Below, piece by piece: positions 29,148 through 41,642 of a stretch of 45,983 bases of DNA. The notes under the pieces were generated by a model that saw only the letters and a program-made list of their open reading frames with translations, did not search any database and was not told where the DNA came from. Position 1 is the first letter of the stretch, and every line of letters begins with the position of its first letter. Source of the stretch: an uncultured bacterium (lineage in GTDB: Bacteria > Patescibacteriota > Minisyncoccia > Phycocordibacterales > UBA918); NCBI GenBank assembly GCA_913050645.1, contig CAJXAG010000001.1:1-45983 (forward strand), given 5' to 3'. The position numbers were made by a program, and so were the translations under genes.

Positions 29148-29543
29148 ATGACTGCTGTTGTTCTCTTGAAACCCAAAAACCACACCCTGTTCGAACCAGG
29201 TGATACGCTCATCTACTATCACAAATGGAAGCTTTGGGAAAAACCAAAGAATCAAAAGTGGTTTCACAATCTCAGTCTTGAGGAATGTGAGCAGCTCGCC
29301 CCCGGTGACCAAGTATGGATTGATGTTGATCCTTTGTACCACAACGGTAAAGTGTACGGTTGCATTCTGGTAACCATCACAAGCATTTCCAGAACGGCTC
29401 AAGACACACTTAGTGTCGGCTACAGCTCACCATCAATCAGTGGCCGTTCACTGATCACTTACAAAGGTAAGCTTGCTGTTCTTACCAACGAAGAGCAGGT
29501 ATACAACTGGACAAAAGATGTAGACGCTGCACGCAATGTGTAA
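29148..29543 (+). CDS. Hypothetical protein (cassette 2 of array)
   Basis: AAGGAGG SD, 131 aa ORF. Confidence 0.72.
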   Translation: MTAVVLLKPKNHTLFEPGDTLIYYHKWKLWEKPKNQKWFHNLSLEECEQLAPGDQVWIDVDPLYHNGKVYGCILVTITSISRTAQDTLSVGYSSPSISGRSLITYKGKLAVLTNEEQVYNWTKDVDAARNV

Positions 29544-29548
29544 CATCA

Positions 29549-29643
29549 CATCCCCTAAACCCCGCAGCCATGCGGGGTTTGTTTTTTATTTGTCACTATG
29601 ATACGTTTGACACAAACGCACATTTCTAAAAAGGAGAAATACC
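29549..29643 (+). repeat. Cassette spacer repeat 2
   Basis: See 29050-29147; hairpin part recurs at 29885-29916 and 38200-38231. Confidence 0.8.
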
Positions 29644-29877
29644 ATGCTTTCATGCATACTCATCGCTGGCTCACTGTGGATTGAACAAACCCCTGATTCC
29701 GGGTATTACCTAAACATCAACACCTTCACAGGTATCGGGCGTACAGAAGAAAGTGCTGATATCCATTTCACAAAAGACGGAATTGCATCCTACCCTGTCA
29801 CACTGCCCGAGCAGCTCCAGGACGCATCTATACCTGAAATTCTTGCAGCCTGCGAAGCCGTTGCCCGAGAACAGTAA
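29644..29877 (+). CDS. Hypothetical protein (cassette 3 of array)
   Basis: AAGGAG SD, 77 aa ORF, hairpin 29885-29916. Confidence 0.68.
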   Translation: MLSCILIAGSLWIEQTPDSGYYLNINTFTGIGRTEESADIHFTKDGIASYPVTLPEQLQDASIPEILAACEAVAREQ

Positions 29878-29926
29878 TAACCCAAAACCCCGCACAGTCT
29901 GCGGGGCTTGTTTTTTACATGAAAAA

Positions 29927-29962
29927 AATACCACAATTAATTACGTAATTAATTGTGGTATT
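29927..29962. repeat. Perfect 36 bp zero-spacer palindrome
   Basis: aataccacaattaattac|gtaattaattgtggtatt. Confidence 0.9.
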
Positions 29963-29980
29963 AATTTTGAAATTCTTTCA

Positions 29981-30116
29981 AATGAAGCCCCCACGAGCTT
30001 ACACTCGGGGTATCTCACCAAGTTACGTAGCTTGCTACGTAACACCTATCGCTATCACGATAGGCAAACTCCCTCCATCCCCGGGCTTACGCCGCGGGGT
30101 ATTTGTGGGGAATAAA
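29981..30116. mobile_element. Non-autonomous IS200/IS605-like (MITE/REP-type) element
   Basis: Two similar subterminal hairpins (cccacgagcttacactcggggtat; ccccgggcttacgccgcggggtat) plus internal hairpins, no transposase. Confidence 0.45.
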
Positions 30117-30180
30117 CACCTTACGATTTTTTTAATTAGTTCAATATATCGAACTAATTTAAGTGTATCGCCTGAGTTTA

Positions 30181-30214
30181 AATACCCATTTAAATTGCAA
30201 TTTAAATGGGTATT
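30181..30214. repeat. Perfect 34 bp zero-spacer palindrome
   Basis: aatacccatttaaattg|caatttaaatgggtatt. Confidence 0.9.
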
Positions 30215-30243
30215 CAATCGGGTTATTAATCGCTAGATTTTGC

Positions 30244-30287
30244 AAACACAAAAGCACGGCGCCTAAAGGCGCCGTGCTTTTGTGTTT
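30244..30287. terminator. 21 bp stem hairpin downstream of rpoC
   Basis: aaacacaaaagcacggcgcct-aa-aggcgccgtgcttttgtgttt. Confidence 0.75.
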
Positions 30288-30313
30288 TACTTCTATCCTC
30301 GTCTTTCTCTCTT

Positions 30314-30426
30314 AGAAACTGAATAAGTTGCCTGAGATACGAAACAGACAAGAAAAAAGACCCGAGCGGTACTAAGGTGTACCGTGAGGGTCTTTTTTCG
30401 TAGTCTAATGAAGTAGATTAGGTGAA

Positions 30427-30439
<13 letters not shown>
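30314..30439. repeat. Stop-codon-anchored structured repeat, family A (rpoC)
   Basis: agaaactgaataa/ttattcagtttct 13 bp perfect IR covering codons E-T-E-stop; gag-cggtac..gtaccg-tgag core. Confidence 0.85.
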
Positions 30440-34113
<3,674 letters not shown>

Positions 34114-34129
34114 ACATTATTGAGGACTA

Positions 34130-37100
34130 TTAATATTCTTCTCGTTTAAGATCAACATCCAGCGACAGACCACGAAGCTGATTTACAAGCACGTTAAACG
34201 CTGCTGGTGTATGCGGGTGGCTGATTCGTTCACCACGTACAATCGCGTCAAATGCTGCAGATCGACCAACGATATCGTCAGACTTGATAGTGAGCATTTC
34301 TCGTAGCGTATATGCCGCGCCGTATCCAAGAAGTGCCCACACTTCCATTTCTCCGAATCGCTGTCCACCAATCTGTGCCTTACCACCAAGCGGCTGCTGT
34401 GTAATAAGACTGTATGGACCAATAGATCGCATGTGGATCTTGTCCTCCACCATGTGGTGCAGTTTCAAGATGTACATGAGACCAACGGCTGTTCGTTGTT
34501 CAAACGCTTCACCCGTTCGTCCGTCGCGTAGTTGTAGCTTTCCGTCTTCTGGAATGTCTGCTTCTTTCAATTCTGCTTTAATCTCTTCTTCAGTTGCTGA
34601 AGCAAATGGAGGCACGATCGCTTGATAGCCAAGTGTGTGTGCGGCCATACCTAAGTGCAACTCAAGAATCTGTCCAAGGTTCATACGTGACGGCACACCA
34701 AGTGGCGTCAAAATGATGTCCACTGGAGTTCCGTCTTCTGTATACGGCATGTCTTCTTCAGGAAGAATTCGTGAGATCACACCCTTGTTACCGTGACGTC
34801 CCGCAAGCTTGTCACCTACTGATACGTTTCGTACCTGGGCTACTGTGATAAGAATCTTCTTGATTACACCGCTGTCGAGATTATCTCCATTTTCACGTGA
34901 GAAGATTTTCACACCGATAACTCGTCCACGCTTTCCAGCCTCAAGTCGCAGTGACGTATCTTTTACGTCCTTTGCCTTTTCACCAAAGATAGAACGAAGC
35001 AGTCGCTCTTCAGGTGTAAGTTGTGCTTCACCCTTGGGTGTTACTTTACCAACCAGAATATCTCCGGGTCGCACTTCAGCACCAACACGGATGATTCCGT
35101 TTTCATCAAGGTTTCGCAGCTTCAGCTCTGAAACGTTCGGGATGTCTGGAGTTGTTACTTCAGGTCCAAGCTTCGTGTCTCGTACAGATACATCAAGCTC
35201 ATCAAGGTGAATGGTTGCAAACTTACTCTTCTTCACTAGTCGCTCAGAAATAATAATCGCATCCTCGTAGTTCGCGCCGCTCCAACTCATAAATGCTACC
35301 ATTGCGTTTTGCCCTACTGCGATTTGTCCTTGGTCAGTTGAAGTTGTGTCAGCAAGCAAGTCCCCGCGCTTTACCTTGTCGCCAACTGTCACTGCTGGCC
35401 GGTGGTAGAATGCTGAAAAGTCGTTTGTTCGCTGGATAGTTGTCAGTGGATATTCATCCTTCTTACCATCCTTTTTCTTGATTACAATGATGTTTGCATC
35501 ACACTCAACTACTTCTCCAGCTTCAACTGCAGTAACAACACGACCCGTGTCGCGTGCGGCCATACCTTCGATACCTGTTCCCACGATCGGAGCTTCAGGA
35601 ATAACACACGGTGTAGCCTGCTTTTGCATGTTTGAACCCATAAGCGTTCGGTTCGCGTCATCATGGTTTAAGAATGGAATCATTGACGTCGCAACTGAGA
35701 ATCCTTGGTTTGTTGCAATATCCATGTAGTCAACTTCCTTCGGCGCAACCACTCGTGGCTCACCATTTCGTCGCACTTCCACGAAGTCAGCTTTGATTTT
35801 TCCGTTGTCAGCAACTTCTACCGCTGCATGTGCAATCGCAAAATTTTCTTCTTCATGTGCATTGAGGTATACGATCTCACCGGTAAGTGTTCCTTTTTCT
35901 ACCTTTACGTATGGCGTTTCGATGATACCAAACCGGTTCACACGCGCATACATAGACAGACGAAGAATCAAACCAATATTCGGTCCTTCTGGAGTATGAA
36001 TCGGACACAGTCGTCCATAGTGAGATGTATGTACGTCACGCACTTCAAAACCAGCACGTTCACGTGTAAGTCCTCCAGGACCAAGCGCTGAGAGTGTTCG
36101 GAGTCCTTCAAGCTCTCCAAGAATGTTCTGCTGTGGCATGAACTGTGAAAGCTGGTTGGTAGTGAAAAATTCTTTAATCGCCGCCTGAAGTGGTCGTGGA
36201 TTAAGAATTTGCATTGGGAGTGAGGTTTCAGCTTCAATAGTCGACATTCGATCTTGAATGTTTCGCTTCATGCGGGTCATACCCACACGTACACGCTGGA
36301 TACACATTTCGCCGAAGTATCGCACACGTCGGAACCCGAGGTGGTCAATATCGTCCGGAAGTGCTCCTGGTTCGTGATTCTTCTCGATGATTGTCTTTAG
36401 AATAAGACGGACATCTTCAAGTGATACCGTTCGCTCGTCGGTTGCTTTCTTGTCGATTGGTCGGTCAAATCGCTGATTGAAGTGGTGTCGTCCAATTTCT
36501 GAAAGGTCGTATCGTTCAGGCGCAAAGATAGAGTTCACAAACTCCTTTGCGTTGTCTACGGTTGCAAGATCACCATCACGAAGCCGTTTGTAGATTTCTA
36601 CATATGCGTCATCAGTGGTCTTCGCTGGGTCCTTGGCGATTGTTGCCTTCATGTACTCCTCCCCACGTTCAACGTCAGAGAAAAGCTTGATCATGTCTTC
36701 CTCTTTTTCAAGACCAAACACGCGAAGCAATGACGATACCGGCACTTTCTTCTTTCGATCAATCTTGATATAGATTACGCCATCTGCTTCAGACTCGATC
36801 TCCACCCATGCACCACGTGCAGGAATGATTTTTGCACCAAAACAAGTTTTTCCCTTAAGCTCCTGTGCAGTAAAGAAGATGCCGTAGCTTCGCGCGAGCT
36901 GTGGAACAATCACACGCTCAACACCGTTGATGATGAACGTTCCGTGTTCAGTCATTACAGGGATGTCCGCAAGGAAAATTTCCTGATCCTTATCAGAATC
37001 AAATGTCTTGTTTTTAAGTACTACCGTTGCCCGCAGTGGTGCATCGTACGTAAGTTTGTTTGCTTTTGCGTACTCAGGGGTACATTTTGGCTGACCCACT

Positions 37101-37327
37101 TCATACTTTTTAAACTTCATCTCAAACTTCTTTTCGGAGTAATCAGTGATTGGTGAAAATTCTTTGAAGATATCCTTCAAACCTTCTTCAACAAACCACT
37201 TGTACGATAGACGTTGTGGCTCAATCAAGTCGGGAAGATCCACCAGTGGATCTTTCGCCAGCTTGAATGTCTTCTGTGGCATAGCGCCCACTGAAGCGTA
37301 GTCTTCTGCTTTTGGATTTGTATACAT
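34130..37327 (-). CDS. rpoB: DNA-directed RNA polymerase subunit beta
   Basis: FIINGVERV, TPEGPNIGL, GDKLAGRHGNKG, GGQRFGEME. Confidence 0.98.
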   Translation of the reverse strand: MYTNPKAEDYASVGAMPQKTFKLAKDPLVDLPDLIEPQRLSYKWFVEEGLKDIFKEFSPITDYSEKKFEMKFKKYEVGQPKCTPEYAKANKLTYDAPLRATVVLKNKTFDSDKDQEIFLADIPVMTEHGTFIINGVERVIVPQLARSYGIFFTAQELKGKTCFGAKIIPARGAWVEIESEADGVIYIKIDRKKKVPVSSLLRVFGLEKEEDMIKLFSDVERGEEYMKATIAKDPAKTTDDAYVEIYKRLRDGDLATVDNAKEFVNSIFAPERYDLSEIGRHHFNQRFDRPIDKKATDERTVSLEDVRLILKTIIEKNHEPGALPDDIDHLGFRRVRYFGEMCIQRVRVGMTRMKRNIQDRMSTIEAETSLPMQILNPRPLQAAIKEFFTTNQLSQFMPQQNILGELEGLRTLSALGPGGLTRERAGFEVRDVHTSHYGRLCPIHTPEGPNIGLILRLSMYARVNRFGIIETPYVKVEKGTLTGEIVYLNAHEEENFAIAHAAVEVADNGKIKADFVEVRRNGEPRVVAPKEVDYMDIATNQGFSVATSMIPFLNHDDANRTLMGSNMQKQATPCVIPEAPIVGTGIEGMAARDTGRVVTAVEAGEVVECDANIIVIKKKDGKKDEYPLTTIQRTNDFSAFYHRPAVTVGDKVKRGDLLADTTSTDQGQIAVGQNAMVAFMSWSGANYEDAIIISERLVKKSKFATIHLDELDVSVRDTKLGPEVTTPDIPNVSELKLRNLDENGIIRVGAEVRPGDILVGKVTPKGEAQLTPEERLLRSIFGEKAKDVKDTSLRLEAGKRGRVIGVKIFSRENGDNLDSGVIKKILITVAQVRNVSVGDKLAGRHGNKGVISRILPEEDMPYTEDGTPVDIILTPLGVPSRMNLGQILELHLGMAAHTLGYQAIVPPFASATEEEIKAELKEADIPEDGKLQLRDGRTGEAFEQRTAVGLMYILKLHHMVEDKIHMRSIGPYSLITQQPLGGKAQIGGQRFGEMEVWALLGYGAAYTLREMLTIKSDDIVGRSAAFDAIVRGERISHPHTPAAFNVLVNQLRGLSLDVDLKREEY

Positions 37328-37654
37328 ATATATGTAAACGAGTTAAATGATGTGCGCGATCAATACTCAACAAAAAATAAGCGCTTTAAAGCACCTAGAT
37401 TAGCCGTATTTATTTTTGCACGATTACTAATGACATCACTTGAAAAGTGTTGTTTTTTGTGGATGTGTAGATTGTAACTCCCACTACAATCTAATGTCTC
37501 CCGCCTTACAGGCGCAGTACACCTTTTGGTTATTTTAGTTCCCTTTGGTCACAAAAATATCGCAAAAGCTCTTTAAAAAACATCCCATGTTTTTTAAACC
37601 TCCGCTATTCTTAGTACCGTGACTCACTCGAATAGAAATGCGTTAGTGGCCGGA

Positions 37655-37682
37655 ATTATAGCGTATTTTAGATATTGTGCAA
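37655..37682 (-). promoter_or_regulatory. Sigma70-type promoter of rpoBC
   Basis: TTGCAC-16 nt-TATAAT on minus strand, about 320 nt upstream of ATG. Confidence 0.6.
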
Positions 37683-37878
37683 CCCCACACTAACTTTTCA
37701 CTTGCTCAGTATGAAATATTTTAAACCTCTAGTTCTGGCAGAGAGAGCTCGTATCAAAAGAGATTTTTAGCTGCAGCAAAGATAGTAAAACGTTGATGTA
37801 GCGGACAGGTCCTATTTCTTGACTTTTTTATCAAAAATGGTATATTTGAATAAATTGAACTTTCAGGAGAATGTGAAA

Positions 37879-38189
37879 ATGTCACGTGTGAACGGAACCT
37901 TCCGTATTCTGGGTGAAGATGGATGCATCATACTTGTACCCTTCACAGGAATGCCACTGTTTCCTGCCGGGAGCAATTTTGGCTCTACTGGTATGAGCCG
38001 GACCGTGGTGAAATTGCTATCGAAGACGTCACAATAGCATATTATCACCACTTCGGTCCACTTGGACTAACAGTTTTCTGCACAAGTAAACTAGATATGG
38101 AGAATGTACAGCGTGAAATTTTTGAAGATATCGCAAACGCCGATCAGATGAAAGCAAAAGGCATCATCCACTTTGGAGGCACATGCTGA
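37879..38189 (+). pseudogene. Orphan cassette gene split by apparent 1-nt frameshift (real or sequencing error)
   Basis: TTGACT-16-TATATT, AGGAG, ATG37879; first frame stops at 38037, overlapping frame ends at 38189 just before hairpin 38200. Confidence 0.55.
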
Positions 38190-38279
38190 ACAAGACACTA
38201 AACCCCGCCAAACTGGCGGGGGTTCTTTTTTATGCAGGTTTTGGTACGCTTAGCAGAGCAACCAAGAGCGGAGGTTAAT

Positions 38280-38483
38280 ATGTTTGACTCATCTGATGAA
38301 CAACCCTTTGCCGACGTACGTGAAGGTGAACGGGTTTGTGTTGAAAACCTGGTCGGCACACGGACAACTGGGACCATCGAACGTTTTTACAATGGTCCCG
38401 AGGGCGAACGTCGCGCGAGGGTAAAGACAGGAGAAAATGAGTACAAAGACTTTGGTGTTGGTCGCATCGTCGCACGATACTAA
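38280..38483 (+). CDS. Small hypothetical protein, possible SH3/KOW-like barrel (orphan cassette)
   Basis: TGgTACGCT extended -10, GGAGG SD, 67 aa ORF. Confidence 0.65.
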   Translation: MFDSSDEQPFADVREGERVCVENLVGTRTTGTIERFYNGPEGERRARVKTGENEYKDFGVGRIVARY

Positions 38484-38517
38484 ACACACTACAGGGGACA
38501 TTGAATGTCCCCTGTTT

Positions 38518-39240
38518 CTATTTTTTCTTAGCTCGGTATTTTTCGATCTCTTTATGGTGTCCTGATAGGAACACTTTAGGTACTTTGTATTTTTTATCTT
38601 TAAACTTTATTTCATCTGGTCGTGTATACATCTCCCCCGAGCTGACTCGTTCATCTTCAAGCGATTCAAATGTTCCGAGTACTCCAGGTACCTGTCGCGA
38701 AGTTGCATCGATAATCGATAGTGCTGGTAGTTCACCACCAGTCAGGACATAATCGCCTACGCTCACCTCCTCTGCGTTGAGTGCTTTTTTGACACGGTAA
38801 TCAATCCCTTCGTAGCGTCCTGAGATAAGTACGATGTGGTCGTACGTACGTGCGTACGTACGTGCAAGCTTGTTGGTAAATTCAGTTCCTCGTGGAGACA
38901 TAATCAACGTCTTCACCTTTCGTTTATTATGCTTGCGCCCCACTGCCTTTTGCCACGCCTTTAGAATTGGCCCCGCCGCCATCACCATACCTGGCCCACC
39001 TCCATACGGCTTATCATCCACTTTCTTGTGTTTATTGGTAGCAAAATCTCGTGGGTTATAGTAGCTGATGTCGATTTTCTTCCCGCGAACCTTTGCCCCT
39101 TTCCCCTTCTTTGTCTTCTGTGCACGACCCAAAACACTTGCGTCGGTGTACGCTTTGCAAACTTCTGGGAATAAAGTTATTACGTGAAAATGCATCCCAT
39201 TAGTTTTGGTTGCTTTGTTTTTACTTTCTACCTTTTTCAT
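38518..39240 (-). CDS. trmD: tRNA (guanine-N1)-methyltransferase (start may be 39195)
   Basis: ITLFPE, DDKPYGGGPGMVM, SGRYEGID, SVGDYVLTGGE, YTRP, LSGHH. Confidence 0.95.
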   Translation of the reverse strand: MKKVESKNKATKTNGMHFHVITLFPEVCKAYTDASVLGRAQKTKKGKGAKVRGKKIDISYYNPRDFATNKHKKVDDKPYGGGPGMVMAAGPILKAWQKAVGRKHNKRKVKTLIMSPRGTEFTNKLARTYARTYDHIVLISGRYEGIDYRVKKALNAEEVSVGDYVLTGGELPALSIIDATSRQVPGVLGTFESLEDERVSSGEMYTRPDEIKFKDKKYKVPKVFLSGHHKEIEKYRAKKK

Positions 39241-39296
39241 AATTGTTTTCAATCCAGTGTCTCTGACATAGAGCAAGAAACTAACAGGACAAGTTT

Positions 39297-39728
39297 TTAT
39301 AGTTTGTCTTTATACTTTTCAATAAAAATCGGAAATTGGGAGTGCATTGGTTCAGGGAAATCTTCAATACGACACCACCGCAACTCTAAACACTTGTCAG
39401 GTTCTGTAATACGAACCTGCTCTGGATCAATCTGTACCAAATGATCAAACTGAATCCAGTGTGTCCTCTTCCCTTCATGCTCACGAAAAACCTCTCGTGT
39501 ACCAATAAACTCAATGTTGATCACATCTGACCCACACTCCTCTTTCACCTCTTTTCGAATCGTTTCTTCAATCGTATCACCAAACTCAATACCACCACTG
39601 CCAATTGGATCCCATCGATTATGTTCATCACGACACGTATCACTACGTAACCCAAGTAGATAGTTACCCTGTCCATCATGACACAGCGTCACTGCAGCGT
39701 TACCAATATGGTCAATTCCTTTCGTCAT
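39297..39728 (-). CDS. NUDIX hydrolase
   Basis: GGIEFGDTIEETIRKEVKEECG Nudix box, EPDKC; ATG at 39728. Confidence 0.85.
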   Translation of the reverse strand: MTKGIDHIGNAAVTLCHDGQGNYLLGLRSDTCRDEHNRWDPIGSGGIEFGDTIEETIRKEVKEECGSDVINIEFIGTREVFREHEGKRTHWIQFDHLVQIDPEQVRITEPDKCLELRWCRIEDFPEPMHSQFPIFIEKYKDKL

Positions 39729-39770
39729 AGTAAAAAGCGTAGCATAGAAATAACTAAACCAGAACTCAGC

Positions 39771-39814
39771 AGCTCCCCAAAACCTTCCAATCGATTGGAA
39801 GGTTTTGGGGAGCT
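39771..39814. repeat. Zero-spacer palindrome, family P copy 3 (44 bp perfect)
   Basis: agctccccaaaaccttccaatc|gattggaaggttttggggagct; copy 4 at 39933-39956. Confidence 0.9.
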
Positions 39815-40018
39815 CTATGGAAAAGTGCAAACTGAGGAAAGTACCTTAAAAATTCCTCACGCACCCATCTCTGCTATTTTATCCTTAATAATAAAATAAC
39901 AATTACAAAACTCTGCAGTGTAGCGACTGCGGAACCTTTCTTTCGAAAGACAGGTTTTGAGAAGGTCTATAGAAAAAACACAAACTAAAAAATGTTTGTG
40001 CTTTTTCTATTTTGATAA

Positions 40019-40144
40019 TTTGAGAATTTAAAATTAAATGAAGTTCGAGGAAGACAAGAAAATTAATTCGAGACGTACTTAACGTACGATGAGAATTAAT
40101 TTATCGTAGTCTGACAAAGAAATTCGTTAATTTTATTTCTCAAA
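40019..40144. repeat. Stop-codon-adjacent structured repeat, family A (khpA)
   Basis: ttc-gaggaagac-aag-aaaattaattc-gag-acgtac..gtacga-tgag..gtctgacaaa-gaa; terminal IR ends 4 nt from khpA stop. Confidence 0.85.
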
Positions 40145-40148
40145 CGAT

Positions 40149-40508
40149 TTAAATTTTCAGGTCGTCGATGGCCTGATCGAGGTCCTTAGGCTCTGCTGAA
40201 ACTTCCGCCCCTGCGTTATCATCCATTGTCTCTTCTGTTGTATCTGCAGTCATAACGCGACCACCTTCTGGCTCGTTAATCTTCAGATTTACCCGTGCAT
40301 CGTGCTTCATACCCACTACGCGAAGAAGTGTACGAATAGCTTTTGCGGTGTTTCCACTTCGGCCAATAATCTTCCCCATGTCTTCTGCATGGACGTCGAG
40401 TGTCAGTAGGACACCCATTTCATCTACCGTACGGTCAATCTTTACACTGTCAGGATGATCTACGAGAGATTTTACTACTGTTTCTAGAAATTGCTGATCT
40501 TCATGCAT
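40149..40508 (-). CDS. khpA: KH-domain RNA-binding protein KhpA
   Basis: LVDHPD, DMGKIIGRSGNTAKAIRTL; follows rpsP. Confidence 0.88.
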   Translation of the reverse strand: MHEDQQFLETVVKSLVDHPDSVKIDRTVDEMGVLLTLDVHAEDMGKIIGRSGNTAKAIRTLLRVVGMKHDARVNLKINEPEGGRVMTADTTEETMDDNAGAEVSAEPKDLDQAIDDLKI

Positions 40509-40592
40509 ATGCGTTTAATGTGAGAACTGTTAGTAAGTAACCTACGGACTTCCGTAGTACCACTTATATAGTAGCAAGGGGGCATAAAGCGT

Positions 40593-40628
40593 CAATAGCC
40601 CTACGTGCGAAAGCACGCAGGGCTATTG
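40593..40628 (-). terminator. Hairpin after rpsP, abutting the khpA promoter (TTGACG-16-TACTAT)
   Basis: caatagccctacgtgc-gaaa-gcacgcagggctattg. Confidence 0.6.
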
Positions 40629-40642
40629 TATACAAACAAGAC

Positions 40643-41215
40643 TTACGCCTTATCCTTGTCCTCTTCAGAATCTTCTGAAGCCTCTTCCGCTGGAGTTTCT
40701 TCCGAAACTTCCTCTGCAGGGGCCTCAGCTTCTGCTGGAGCTTCAGCTTCCTTGCCTGCCTCAGAATCTGAAGATTCATCTTCAGATTGTGTGGTAGGTT
40801 CCGCTGCTTCTTCCGACGCAACTTCTTCAGAAGTTGTTTCGGATGAATCTGTAGACTCTACTGCTTCTGCTTCAGCCTTTGCAGCTTCTTCTGCCGCTGC
40901 TTTTTCTTCTGCTTCTTTTGCAAGCGCTTCTTCGTCTACAATAGGTGATTTCTTTGGAAGAGGATTAACCTTCTTCTTATCAATCACTTTTTGTCCGACG
41001 AGAATGTTGTGCACGGTATCTGAAGGCTGCACACCCTTTGAAAGCCAATCCTTAGCCGCATCCACATCAAGCTGAATGTGATCCATCTTTGGGTTGTATG
41101 AACCTAAGATAGCCACGTGCTTGTTGCTCTTTGGGCCAGTTCGCTTATCAGTCACCACAATGCGATAGCTAGGATCGTTTTTGCGGCCGACTCGTTGTAA
41201 TCTCATCATTAACAT
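40643..41215 (-). CDS. rpsP: 30S ribosomal protein S16 with long acidic C-terminal tail
   Basis: RLQRVGRKNDPSYRIVV, LGSYNP, WLSKGVQPSDTV. Confidence 0.93.
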   Translation of the reverse strand: MLMMRLQRVGRKNDPSYRIVVTDKRTGPKSNKHVAILGSYNPKMDHIQLDVDAAKDWLSKGVQPSDTVHNILVGQKVIDKKKVNPLPKKSPIVDEEALAKEAEEKAAAEEAAKAEAEAVESTDSSETTSEEVASEEAAEPTTQSEDESSDSEAGKEAEAPAEAEAPAEEVSEETPAEEASEDSEEDKDKA

Positions 41216-41257
41216 ACGCGCGCAAGAATACTATATATATGTAGATAAGGCAAGAAG

Positions 41258-41285
41258 AAACACCGCGAGGATCCTCGCGGTGTTT
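41258..41285. repeat. Perfect palindrome/terminator, shared with 41860-41889
   Basis: aaacaccgcgagga|tcctcgcggtgttt vs aaaaacaccgcgaga|tctcgcggtgttttt. Confidence 0.85.
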
Positions 41286-41291
41286 TATAAA

Positions 41292-41642
41292 TCACGTTGC
41301 AACTAAAGCAGAACTCGGCATAGTATCACTGTAGCCGTATTTCCCTGCACCAAATTGTCCGGCATTAGGAGTATCTTTTGTCTCCAGGGCAAGTTGTTCA
41401 AGATCACTCGGCAAAATATCCTGCACAAGAACCACTTCATTCTTTTGCTCAACATATCCGGAACGAGGCGAAGTCGATAGCTCCCTAAGCACTTTTTCTT
41501 CAGCCTCTTTTTTATTCCAAGCTGAAACCAGCCGCACAAACTGATCCTGTTCAACCTTTTGAGCAACTGTTGTCCCTGTAAAACTTACGACACAAACAAA
41601 AGCATGTGGTTTAATCGGATCACCTTCAACCCATGGGCCCAT
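41292..41642 (-). CDS. Hypothetical protein (orphan cassette)
   Basis: TTGCAA-16-TATGTT promoter, AAGGA SD, palindrome after stop. Confidence 0.7.
   Translation of the reverse strand: MGPWVEGDPIKPHAFVCVVSFTGTTVAQKVEQDQFVRLVSAWNKKEAEEKVLRELSTSPRSGYVEQKNEVVLVQDILPSDLEQLALETKDTPNAGQFGAGKYGYSDTMPSSALVAT

Noticed and set aside
28657..29916. CRISPR array or classical integron
   Set aside because: The repeats are about 95 bp, degenerate and separated by whole ORFs; no cas or intI genes are present.
29927..29962. Protelomerase (telRL) or dif site
   Set aside because: No protelomerase gene is present, several such palindromes exist, and there is no XerC/XerD 11-6-11 layout.
29981..30116. tRNA or other known structural RNA
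   Set aside because: Multi-hairpin, but no TTCGA T-loop, acceptor stem or CCA end.
29955..30236. ORFs 29753-30115, 29955-30236 and 30035-30217
   Set aside because: They run through palindromes and hairpins, have no RBS and show no recognisable motifs.
39729..39830. N-terminal extension of NUDIX in the ORF track (also the extensions given for uvrD, CBS 23808, dnaG, fba, uppP, GT4)
   Set aside because: The extensions cross hairpins or promoter hexamers; downstream ATGs fit the family N-termini and the -10 spacing.
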